From assembly GCA_934445015.1 (NCBI GenBank), contig CAKSDJ010000001.1, forward strand, positions 17,985-81,984: DNA of 64,000 bases. Reading direction: 5' to 3'. Shown in pieces: positions 17,339 to 25,866 of this stretch (positions are counted from its first letter, which is position 1; every line of letters starts with the position of its first letter). The DNA comes from an uncultured Eubacteriales bacterium (GTDB lineage Bacteria; Bacillota; Clostridia; Oscillospirales; Acutalibacteraceae). Below the pieces are notes generated by a model, which was not told the origin of the DNA, made no database searches, and was given only the letters and a program-made list of their open reading frames with translations. Both the position numbers and the translations under genes were made by a program.

Positions 17339-19015
17339 TCACTCTACGGAAATGATATAGTAATAAACCGGTTGACCGCCGTTTACAAAAGTGATTTCAA
17401 CCTTTGAACCGAACTTTTCATTAAGCTGCAGTTCTAAATCGGCAGCCTGTGACTCTGTGACATCTTCGCCGTAAATAACGGTTACAAACTGGCTGTCACG
17501 CTTTATCATCTGCTTTACAAGTTTTACGGTTGCCCTTTCAAGGTCGGTATCTGTAAACGAGATTTTACCGCCTATCATAGCCATAATTTCACCTTTTGTG
17601 ATCTTATGACCGTCAAAGTCCGAATCACGCGCAGCAAATGTTACCTGACCTGTTGCAATGCGCTCTGCCGCTTTTTGCATTTCAATGGCATTTGCTTCGC
17701 TGTCGGCGCTTTCATCAAAAGTAAGCATTGCCGAAATGCCTTGCGGAATTGTTCTTGTGTGAAGAACTATTACCTTGCGTGTGCTTATCGGGATAGCCTG
17801 TTCTGCCGCCATTATAATATTTTTGTTGTTTGGCAGCACATAAACTACTTCTGCCGGAGTGCTTTCAATGGCACGCAAAATGTTGTCTGTGCTGGGGTTC
17901 ATTGTCTGTCCGCCCGAAACTATTGTATCAACGCCGAGATCGCGGAACAGTTCAGCCACGCCCTCACCGGCGCAGACCGATACAAAACCGAAGGGTTTTG
18001 TAATCTCAACCGGTTCAATCTTTTCGCTTAAATCGGCGGTTTTTGCAGGAGTTTTTTTAGCATTTGCGGCGTCGTGTTTGGCGCGCTCATGCTGGTCGCG
18101 CATATTTTCAACCTTCATACTTGTAAGCGAACCGAAGGTAAGGCCGTTTTCAAACGCATTGCCCGGGTGGTCGGTATGAACGTGAACTTTAATGATTTCA
18201 TCGTCGTCAACAACTACCACGCAGTCGCCTATGCTTTCAAGGTATGCGCGCAGCTCAGACGGCTGTTTTTTACAATCGGGGTCGCGGTTTACTATAAACT
18301 CGGTGCAGTAAGTAAACGTTATTTCGGTTTCAAATTCGCCTGCCGCATTGCGGTTTTCATTTTGCGGAGCGGGTTCTTCGGCGCCGGCTATGTTTGAAGC
18401 GATTATTACACCGTCTTTAAATACCGACATCATACCCTCAAGTATAAGTACAAATCCCTGACCGCCTGCATCTACAACGCCTGCTTTTTTAAGAGTAGGC
18501 AAAAGATTAGGTGTATCAGCGAGCGCTTCCTTTGCGCCTTCGATAGCGGCGGCAAAAACGCCCAATGCGTCTGCATTATTGCCGAGCGCGGCATTCGCTT
18601 TTTCAGACGCTATGCGCGCTACCGTAAGTATTGTGCCTTCGGTTGGTTTCATAACCGCTTTATATGCCGCCTCAACGCCCTGACTGAATGCAGCCGCCAG
18701 ATTTTCTGCGGTGACAAATTCATCGTTACCGATGCCTTTGGCAAATCCGCGGAACAAAAGCGAAGTTATAACGCCTGAGTTGCCGCGTGCGCCGCGAAGC
18801 AACGCCGAGGCATTTACCGATGCTATTTTACCTGCTGTTTCGCCGTCGATCTTTTCAAGTTCGCGTACCGAATTTGAAATTGTCATAGACATATTTGTGC
18901 CTGTGTCGCCGTCCGGAACCGGAAATACGTTTAAATCGTCAACCTTTTTTCTGTTATTTGAAAGATTATTCGCGGCAGAGATAATCGCATCGCGCAAAAT
19001 GTTACCGTTAAACAA
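17339..19015 (-). CDS. yloV: DAK2 domain fusion protein YloV
   Basis: FPVPDGDTGTNMSMT (Dak2 motif) and a DegV-like C-terminal half. TTG start, 9 nt after AAGGAG. Confidence 0.9.
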   Translation of the reverse strand: MFNGNILRDAIISAANNLSNNRKKVDDLNVFPVPDGDTGTNMSMTISNSVRELEKIDGETAGKIASVNASALLRGARGNSGVITSLLFRGFAKGIGNDEFVTAENLAAAFSQGVEAAYKAVMKPTEGTILTVARIASEKANAALGNNADALGVFAAAIEGAKEALADTPNLLPTLKKAGVVDAGGQGFVLILEGMMSVFKDGVIIASNIAGAEEPAPQNENRNAAGEFETEITFTYCTEFIVNRDPDCKKQPSELRAYLESIGDCVVVVDDDEIIKVHVHTDHPGNAFENGLTFGSLTSMKVENMRDQHERAKHDAANAKKTPAKTADLSEKIEPVEITKPFGFVSVCAGEGVAELFRDLGVDTIVSGGQTMNPSTDNILRAIESTPAEVVYVLPNNKNIIMAAEQAIPISTRKVIVLHTRTIPQGISAMLTFDESADSEANAIEMQKAAERIATGQVTFAARDSDFDGHKITKGEIMAMIGGKISFTDTDLERATVKLVKQMIKRDSQFVTVIYGEDVTESQAADLELQLNEKFGSKVEITFVNGGQPVYYYIISVE

Positions 19016-19046
19016 GAATGAACACTCCTTTTAAAGAAATTAAAGA

Positions 19047-19397
19047 TTATTCTTTAATTCCGTCTACCTTTACCGTTACTTTGTTAACGGTAATTCCGGT
19101 AGTTTCTTCTACAACATATTTTACCTTTTCGGTAATGCTTGCCGCAATTGCATTGATATTCATACCGTAACTTACCATAATATGAATTGCAACATCTATT
19201 GCATCTGCGTTACCTTTTACGCTTATGCCTGTATCAAGCGATTGGTTTTTTGTAATAAGTCCAAACAAGCGTTGGCGGTTTGACGTCGGCATCATACCCA
19301 CCACGCCGAAGCAGGAGGTAACCGCGTTGCCGATAAGTTTGCTTAAAAAGTTTTCGGTTATACTGATTGTGCCTGTTCTGGTTTCATACGCTATCAT
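19047..19397 (-). CDS. Asp23/Gls24 family envelope stress protein (YloU-like)
   Basis: ISITENFLSKLIGNAVTSCFGVVGM plus GITVNKVTVKVDGI are typical Asp23 features, and the gene is paired with yloV. Confidence 0.9.
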   Translation of the reverse strand: MIAYETRTGTISITENFLSKLIGNAVTSCFGVVGMMPTSNRQRLFGLITKNQSLDTGISVKGNADAIDVAIHIMVSYGMNINAIAASITEKVKYVVEETTGITVNKVTVKVDGIKE

Positions 19398-19409
19398 AAA
19401 TAAATCCTC

Positions 19410-21014
19410 CTAAAATTTATAATCTTCTATTGAAAAATAAATATCGCTGTTGCTGGCCGTAACGCCGCCTGTTATTGCTGAGTCGTAAAAAAGCACGCCG
19501 TTTCTGTAACACACGGGTATTTGAGGCATTTCGGTAATAAGTGTGCCGGCAACGTCGCTTATGCCGCACTCGCCGAGTCTGTAACTGTTAATTATACTTT
19601 CGCAAGTGCTTTTTTCAGCAGGCGCCTGCGAAGCGTTTTCCCCGTCGGCACCACTGTCTGCCGGTTCAGTCGGTTCGGCGGGTTCAATGCCCACACCGTA
19701 AGCCGCACTGCCGCCGAATATCACCAACTGCGACATATCCATATTGTCAAGAATTTGCACTTCGCCCAGATACAACTGAAAATCATTTGCGGCAAGACGG
19801 GAAACATACTGCTCATAACTGCACTCAACAACATTTATTTGTATGCCCGCGGTCCTGCACTGGTCGGCTATAAGTTTTGCCGCCGCAACGCGCGAACTGT
19901 TTTCGGAATTCACAAGCAATGTAAACACGGGGTTATTACCGCTCGCGTTTGCATAAAAGCCGTTTGAATTCATATTATTATATCCTATTTTTGAAAGATT
20001 TTCAACCGTTATTTTAGAATTGGCTCTGCTTTCAATTGTCTGCACCGCCTCGGTTGCCTTAAAAAACGGATTAAAAAAGCCTTTTGCCGGTGTCGAATTA
20101 TTATAGTATGCCGTGCGGCATATCGCCTCACGGTCAATTGCCGCAGATATGGCGTAACGCATTTCGCGGCTTGCAAGCGAACCGTAAGAGCTGTTTATAC
20201 CTATATATATAAATCGATTTAAGTTCACATCAAACTTTTTTGCGCTCATACGGACTATGTTGTTATCGTCGTTGTAATATATGTTGGCGGCTCCGACCTC
20301 TACATAGTGCGAGGTTGAGTCGGCATCGGGCGAATTTATAAGGTTTATCGTTTTAATTATGCCCTTTTTGCCGTAGTAATTTTCATTGAGCTTAAATTGT
20401 GTGGCGTCGTCCGATATATAATATCTGCCGCAACCCGTGGGCGGAATTTCTTTTCCGTCGGCGTCCTTTACGCCCGACGTGCCGGTTTTTATAATCGGAA
20501 AAGTAAGAAGATTTGCAAAATATCCGTCCAAATACAAAAGTGTGAACCTGACGGTTTTTGAATCGACCGCTTCGGCCGATTTGACCTCATAAAAATTATA
20601 TGAATAAGCAGGGTTGTTTTTTGCAAGATTATATGAATAAATAACATCAGCCGAAGTAACCGCACTGCCGTCTGTAAACACTGCGTCACGCAATTTTACG
20701 GTGCATACGTTATTTTCCGTATCAACAGACTGCGCCAGCACGTTTACCGCGTTAAAATTATTATCGGTTTTAATAAGCGGATCGTACAAAAGCGACGCAA
20801 GCCGTATGTTTTTATCGTTTTTGGCGGTGTAAGGGTCAAATGTATCGGTATATGAATAAAGCAGGTTTATGGTTTTGCTGTCGGCATCGGACACCGAAAC
20901 CGTTTGACCGTCGCTGTTACTGCTGCTGTTATCAGCGCTTTTTTTGCAACCCGAAAATGCAGCCGCAACGCAAAGCGCCAACAAAAAACAAATCGCTTTT
21001 TTCAATTTTTTCAC
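19410..21014 (-). CDS. ABC transporter substrate-binding lipoprotein, family 5 (peptide/nickel type)
   Basis: It has a lipobox (AAFSGC) and the SBP_bac_5 pattern (..DPLIKTDNNFNAVNVLAQSV..CTVKLRDAVFTDGSAVTSADVIYSY). Confidence 0.85.
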   Translation of the reverse strand: MKKLKKAICFLLALCVAAAFSGCKKSADNSSSNSDGQTVSVSDADSKTINLLYSYTDTFDPYTAKNDKNIRLASLLYDPLIKTDNNFNAVNVLAQSVDTENNVCTVKLRDAVFTDGSAVTSADVIYSYNLAKNNPAYSYNFYEVKSAEAVDSKTVRFTLLYLDGYFANLLTFPIIKTGTSGVKDADGKEIPPTGCGRYYISDDATQFKLNENYYGKKGIIKTINLINSPDADSTSHYVEVGAANIYYNDDNNIVRMSAKKFDVNLNRFIYIGINSSYGSLASREMRYAISAAIDREAICRTAYYNNSTPAKGFFNPFFKATEAVQTIESRANSKITVENLSKIGYNNMNSNGFYANASGNNPVFTLLVNSENSSRVAAAKLIADQCRTAGIQINVVECSYEQYVSRLAANDFQLYLGEVQILDNMDMSQLVIFGGSAAYGVGIEPAEPTEPADSGADGENASQAPAEKSTCESIINSYRLGECGISDVAGTLITEMPQIPVCYRNGVLFYDSAITGGVTASNSDIYFSIEDYKF

Positions 21015-21035
21015 CTACCGAATAAATATTATCTG

Positions 21036-21815
21036 CTAAATATAAACCCTTTTTACCGAAACCGTAAGTCCGGTTTTTTCATCCGCCTTAAAAATACAGC
21101 CGTTTAACATACATTTGCCGGTCTCCTGCTCAAATCGCGCCGTGTTACCGTCTTTTAAACGGTTGATTATTATATCGGTTTTTACTCCCAGCACCGAATT
21201 TATAACTCCCGTCATACCGAGGTCTGTGATATAACCCGTGCCGCGCGGCAAAATCTGAGCGTCAGACGTCTGAACGTGTGTATGTGTGCCGAACACCGCC
21301 GTCACCCTGCCGTCAAGGTAAAATCCCATAGCGCGTTTTTCACTTGTGGCTTCGGCGTGAAAATCAACAAAAATATACTTTGCGCCGTCTGCCGTTGCCC
21401 TATCAACAAGAATATCTGCGGCTTTGAACGGGTTGTCGGCGTTTACCCTTTCAAGATATATCTGACCCGAAAGGTTTATAACCGCGGCTGAAGATCTGCC
21501 CATATCATAAAGGCAGTAACCTGTGCCTACGTCCTGCTCTTTAAGATTGTCAGGACGCAATAAAAAGTGATTGCTCTCAAGCATATCGAAAATCTCTTTA
21601 CGGCGAAGGGTGTGGTTTCCGCCGGTGATAACATCGGCGCCTGCGGCAAAAAGCATTTCGGCGCTTTGCGGCGTAATACCGTTGCCCACGGCAGAATTTT
21701 CGCCGTTTACAATTACCATATCTATATTCTCATCACGCCGTATGCGCGGAATTTGTTTTAAGGCGTATTCGCACCCGCAAACCGAGCAAACATCGCCGAC
21801 TGCCAAAATATTCAT
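21036..21815 (-). CDS. ymdB: YmdB-type (TIGR00282) metallophosphoesterase
   Basis: MNILAVGDV..VIVNGENSAVGNGIT..GGNH..DFHAEATSEK..GTHTHVQT are the metallophosphoesterase motifs in YmdB order. Confidence 0.9.
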   Translation of the reverse strand: MNILAVGDVCSVCGCEYALKQIPRIRRDENIDMVIVNGENSAVGNGITPQSAEMLFAAGADVITGGNHTLRRKEIFDMLESNHFLLRPDNLKEQDVGTGYCLYDMGRSSAAVINLSGQIYLERVNADNPFKAADILVDRATADGAKYIFVDFHAEATSEKRAMGFYLDGRVTAVFGTHTHVQTSDAQILPRGTGYITDLGMTGVINSVLGVKTDIIINRLKDGNTARFEQETGKCMLNGCIFKADEKTGLTVSVKRVYI

Positions 21816-22056
21816 TCATCATCACTTTCAAACCGTTGTCTATATATAATAACATATAATATAACGCAATTCAATTCATTTTTATTCGCATTTTGTTAAT
21901 TTATATCCTGACCGCCGCAAGACAGTGCATTTGCAGTTGTTTTATTTTTCGAAGCAATTTTTTAAAAATGACAAGTGAGCATTTGAGAGAAAAAACGAGA
22001 AAACAAGAGAAAATCAAAGTTTTTGTTTTTTAAATTGATTTTTTAAAAAATAAGTG

Positions 22057-22085
22057 TTGACAAAGCATTTTGCGTGTGGTATTAT
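22057..22085 (+). promoter_or_regulatory. Sigma-A-type promoter of rplM-rpsI
   Basis: TTGACA (22057-22062), a 17-nt spacer, then TATTAT (22080-22085). Confidence 0.65.
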
Positions 22086-22129
22086 AGTCGGGCATTAAAA
22101 TGATAAAAATAAATTTGGAGGTTTTGGTT

Positions 22130-22558
22130 ATGTCTACATTTATGGCAAAACCTGCCGAAGTTCAGCGCAAATGGTACATCATAGATGCTGCCGGTCGTCC
22201 CCTCGGCCGCACAGCCGCAAAGGTTGCCGATTTGCTCCGCGGTAAAGTTAAGCCCACGTTCACTCCTCATGTTGACTGTGGCGACCACGTTATCGTAATC
22301 AATGCTGACAAGGCAGTTTTAACAGGTAAAAAACTTGAAAACAAATACTATCGCCGTCATACAGGTTATATCGGCGGTCTTAAAGAGGTTAAGTATTCTA
22401 CCCTTATGAATACTCGCCCCGAACTGGCTATGGAACTTGCAGTTAAAGGTATGGTTCCCGATACCACAATAGGCCGCAAGGCGCTTACACGCCTTCATAT
22501 CTATAAAGGCGAAAACTATGTTCAGGTAGCACAAAAACCTGAAAAGTATGAATTTTAA
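22130..22558 (+). CDS. rplM: 50S ribosomal protein L13
   Basis: ATG at 22130 follows [25 protein letters not shown] is the canonical L13 N-terminus. Confidence 0.97.
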   Translation: MSTFMAKPAEVQRKWYIIDAAGRPLGRTAAKVADLLRGKVKPTFTPHVDCGDHVIVINADKAVLTGKKLENKYYRRHTGYIGGLKEVKYSTLMNTRPELAMELAVKGMVPDTTIGRKALTRLHIYKGENYVQVAQKPEKYEF

Positions 22559-22575
22559 GAAGGGAGACAGAAATT

Positions 22576-22974
22576 ATGTTTGAAGGAAAGCCATATTTTT
22601 ACGGCACAGGCAGAAGAAAAAGTTCTGTCGCCCGTGTAAGAATATATCAGGGTACAGGTAAAATCACAATAAACGAAAGAGATATTGACGATTACTTCGG
22701 CCTTGAAACATTAAAAGTTATTGTTCGTCAGCCGCTCGCTCTTACCGATAACGCTGACAAGTTTGACGTTGTTTGCCGCGTTGCAGGCGGCGGTGTTACC
22801 GGTCAGGCAGGCGCTATCCGCCACGGTATCGCACGCGCACTTTTGCAGGCAGATGCTGAGTCCCGTCCCGAACTTAAAAAAGCCGGTTTCCTTACTCGTG
22901 ATCCGAGAATGAAGGAAAGAAAGAAGTACGGTCTCAAAGGCGCTCGCCGTGCACCCCAGTTCTCAAAGAGATAA
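22576..22974 (+). CDS. rpsI: 30S ribosomal protein S9
   Basis: [13 protein letters not shown] ... the C-terminal [17 protein letters not shown] is canonical S9. Confidence 0.97.
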   Translation: MFEGKPYFYGTGRRKSSVARVRIYQGTGKITINERDIDDYFGLETLKVIVRQPLALTDNADKFDVVCRVAGGGVTGQAGAIRHGIARALLQADAESRPELKKAGFLTRDPRMKERKKYGLKGARRAPQFSKR

Positions 22975-22990
22975 TTTTTCTCTGTTTATG

Positions 22991-23022
22991 CAAGCCCTGT
23001 CAGAACGCAGGGCTTGTTTTTC
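22991..23022 (+). terminator. Rho-independent terminator after rpsI
   Basis: CAAGCCCTG-loop-CAGGGCTTG followed by TTTTT. Confidence 0.85.
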
Positions 23023-23163
23023 TCTTTTTCGATTTAAGCAGTTGAAGTTTAAATCTGTTTGCAAAATGCTTTATTTATATTTGACTTTTATTATGGGTAC
23101 AATTATAATAATGTTATATATTTTAAGCATTTATTTATTATTTTGTTTTTTGGAGGAACAGTT

Positions 23164-23874
23164 ATGAATTTTATCAAAGTGGACAGTTATGAAAAATTAA
23201 GCGTTACTGCAGCAAACATTATTGCTGCACAGATTATTATGAAGCCGCACTGCGTGCTCGGTCTTGCAACAGGCTCATCACCCGTAGGCACTTATAAAGA
23301 GCTTATTAAAAAATGTGACGCAGGCGAACTCGATTTTTCAACCGTTACATCGGTAAACCTTGACGAATACGTAGGCCTTGACGGCACACATGACCAGAGT
23401 TACCGCTATTTTATGAACACCAACCTTTTTGACCATGTAAACATTGACAAGTCAAAAACAGCCGTACCGAGCGGTATTTCCGATAATCTTGAAGCAGAAG
23501 GCGCCGCTTACGACAAGCATATTGAAGATTTGGGCGGCATTGATCTGCAGCTTTTGGGCATAGGTCTTGACGGTCATATCGGTTTTAACGAACCTGCCGA
23601 TGTTTTTGTAAAAGAAACACACGTTGTTGACCTTCACGAATCCACAATAGAGGCAAACGCACGCTTTTTTGCCAAAAAAGACGACGTGCCGAAAAAAGCT
23701 ATCACTATGGGCATGGGCGCAATTATGAAAGCAAAAAAAGTTTTGCTTGTTGCCAACGGCAAAAACAAAAAAGACATTATTGAAAAATCTTTCTTCGGAC
23801 CTATCACTCCGCAGGTTCCGGCATCTATTTTGCAACTCCATCCCGACGTAACGGTAATATACAGCGAAAACTAA
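23164..23874 (+). CDS. nagB: Glucosamine-6-phosphate deaminase
   Basis: ATG at 23164 follows GGAGGA. VLGLATGSSPVGTYKELI and GIGLDGHIGFNEP are NagB motifs. Confidence 0.93.
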   Translation: MNFIKVDSYEKLSVTAANIIAAQIIMKPHCVLGLATGSSPVGTYKELIKKCDAGELDFSTVTSVNLDEYVGLDGTHDQSYRYFMNTNLFDHVNIDKSKTAVPSGISDNLEAEGAAYDKHIEDLGGIDLQLLGIGLDGHIGFNEPADVFVKETHVVDLHESTIEANARFFAKKDDVPKKAITMGMGAIMKAKKVLLVANGKNKKDIIEKSFFGPITPQVPASILQLHPDVTVIYSEN

Positions 23875-23895
23875 TATATTTTTGAGGTGAATACA

Positions 23896-24984
23896 ATGAC
23901 TGACAGAGAAGTTGCGATTCTTGCGGCAAAACATTTCAATACTGATGAAATAATTTATATAGAACCTTACGGTGAAGGCCATATCAACTCAACATGGCTT
24001 TCAATACATAAATCGGCAGAAGGTAAAGAAACAAAAAATCTGCTTCAGAAGATCAACCATTATGTTTTTCCGAAGCCTGATGAACTTATGGATAACATTG
24101 TAGGCGTTACGTCTTTCCTGAAAGACAAGGTTGCCGAAGACGGCACACTTACCGTTATACACACCCTTGACGGAAAAAGTTATCTGCACGATGAGTTTGA
24201 TAACTATTGGCGCGTTTATAAATTTATTGAAGACGCTGTTGCCTATCAAAAAATCGAGCATGAAAAGGATTTTTACACTTGCGGCGTGGCTTTTGGCGAG
24301 TTCCAGCAATTGTTATCTGACTATCCGGCAGAAAAGCTTCATGAAACAATAGTTAATTTTCACAATACGCCGAGCCGTTTTGCAGACTTCAAAAAAGCTG
24401 TAAAAGAAAATCTTGCGGGCAGAGCGAATTCCGTTAAGGATGAAATTGACTTTGTATTGGCGCGCGAGTGCAAAGCAGACGCTATAACATCTAAACTTGC
24501 AAGCGGTGAAATACCGTATCGTGTAACCCATAATGACACAAAGTTAAACAATATTCTCATTGAGGAAAAAACCGGCAAGGCAAAATGCGTAATAGACCTT
24601 GACACCGTTATGCCCGGTGCCGCCGCTTACGATTTCGGCGATTGCATACGTTTCGGTGCATCAACAGGTGCCGAAGATGAAACCGACCTTTCAAAGGTAG
24701 AGATTGACCTTCACCTTTTTGAAGTATTTGCTAACGGATACCTTTCGACCGCTGCCAAGTTTTTGACTCCTGCCGAGAAAGACAGTCTTGTAACCGGCGC
24801 ATACCTTATGACGCTTGAATGCGGCGTTCGTTTCCTTACCGATTATTTAAACGGCGACGTTTACTTTAAAATTCACAGAGAAAACCACAACCTTGACCGC
24901 TGCCGCACACAGTTTAAATTGGTGTCGGATATGGAAGCCAAAGAAACCGAGATGCGCAGAATAATCGATTCTATTGTGGGCTGA
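23896..24984 (+). CDS. nahK: N-acetylhexosamine 1-kinase-like phosphotransferase (NahK/LnpB family)
   Basis: Full-length collinearity, from memory, with Bifidobacterium NahK: EPYGEGHIN, WRVYKFIE, NFHNTPSRFADFKKA, RVTHNDTKLNNILI, IDLDTVMPG, FGDCIRFGAST, LTLECGVRFLTDYLNGDVYF. ATG follows GAGGTG. Confidence 0.85.
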   Translation: MTDREVAILAAKHFNTDEIIYIEPYGEGHINSTWLSIHKSAEGKETKNLLQKINHYVFPKPDELMDNIVGVTSFLKDKVAEDGTLTVIHTLDGKSYLHDEFDNYWRVYKFIEDAVAYQKIEHEKDFYTCGVAFGEFQQLLSDYPAEKLHETIVNFHNTPSRFADFKKAVKENLAGRANSVKDEIDFVLARECKADAITSKLASGEIPYRVTHNDTKLNNILIEEKTGKAKCVIDLDTVMPGAAAYDFGDCIRFGASTGAEDETDLSKVEIDLHLFEVFANGYLSTAAKFLTPAEKDSLVTGAYLMTLECGVRFLTDYLNGDVYFKIHRENHNLDRCRTQFKLVSDMEAKETEMRRIIDSIVG

Positions 24985-24999
24985 TCTCAGAGGTTGATT

Positions 25000-25851
25000 A
25001 TGGTAACTATTTCAAACGAACTTTTAACCGCAACATTCAGCAAAACGGGTGCAGAACTCAAAAGTCTTAAATGCGGCGACCGTGAATATATCTGGAACGG
25101 CGACCCAAAATTCTGGACAGGGTCTTCACCTGTGCTGTTTCCTATTTGCAGCGGACTTAAAGACGATGAATTTATTTATAACGGCAAGACCTACAATATG
25201 TCTAAGCACGGCTTTGCAAGGCGCAGCGATTTTGAACTTGAAAGTGCAAGCGGCAATACCGCCACGTTTTTGCTGAGTTCAAAAAACACGCCTAAGGATA
25301 ACTACCCGTTTGAATATGAATTCAGAATTACATACACTTTGGCAGGTAAAACGGTTAAGGTCGAATACAATATCAAAAATCTTACCGACGGCAATATGTA
25401 TTTTTCGGTAGGCGCACACGAAGCATATTACTGCCCCGGCGGTTCAAATAACTGCGAAGTTATTTTTGAAAAGGCAGAAGGCCTGGACGATTACATACTT
25501 GATGATGATTTTTTGCTTACCGATGTTACAAGAAATTTCGGCAAAAATACGACCGTGCTTGCCATAAAAGATTCTTTGTTTGATAACGACTGTCTTATAT
25601 TTAAAAATCTGAATTCGCACACAGTGTATTTGCACAACAAAACAAACGGCGATAAAATCAAAGTCAATTTTGAGGGTTTTCCGTATACGATTATATGGAC
25701 CGTTCCGGGCGCAGAATTTTTGTGCATAGAACCCTGGTGCGGAATTACCGATACTGCAAATACAAACAAGCATTTGCCTGATAAAGAGGGCATTGTAAAA
25801 CTGAACCGCGGCGAATCGTTTTACCGCATACACAGTTTTGAAATAATCTAA
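25000..25851 (+). CDS. Aldose 1-epimerase family protein (LacX/mutarotase-like)
   Basis: GAELKSL..REYIWNGDPKFW..SPVLFPICSGL..HGFAR..F.VGAHEAY..EPW is the mutarotase-fold pattern. Confidence 0.85.
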   Translation: MVTISNELLTATFSKTGAELKSLKCGDREYIWNGDPKFWTGSSPVLFPICSGLKDDEFIYNGKTYNMSKHGFARRSDFELESASGNTATFLLSSKNTPKDNYPFEYEFRITYTLAGKTVKVEYNIKNLTDGNMYFSVGAHEAYYCPGGSNNCEVIFEKAEGLDDYILDDDFLLTDVTRNFGKNTTVLAIKDSLFDNDCLIFKNLNSHTVYLHNKTNGDKIKVNFEGFPYTIIWTVPGAEFLCIEPWCGITDTANTNKHLPDKEGIVKLNRGESFYRIHSFEII

Positions 25852-25866
25852 TAACAAGGTGTTACT

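Noticed and set aside
21816-22056. A purine-rich stretch (GAGAGAAAAAACGAGAAAACAAGAGAAAATC) in the ymdB/rplM divergent region, considered as a possible regulatory RNA or repeat.
   Set aside because: It has no internal repeat periodicity, no pairing partner and no motif I recognise. It is most simply promoter-region spacer DNA.
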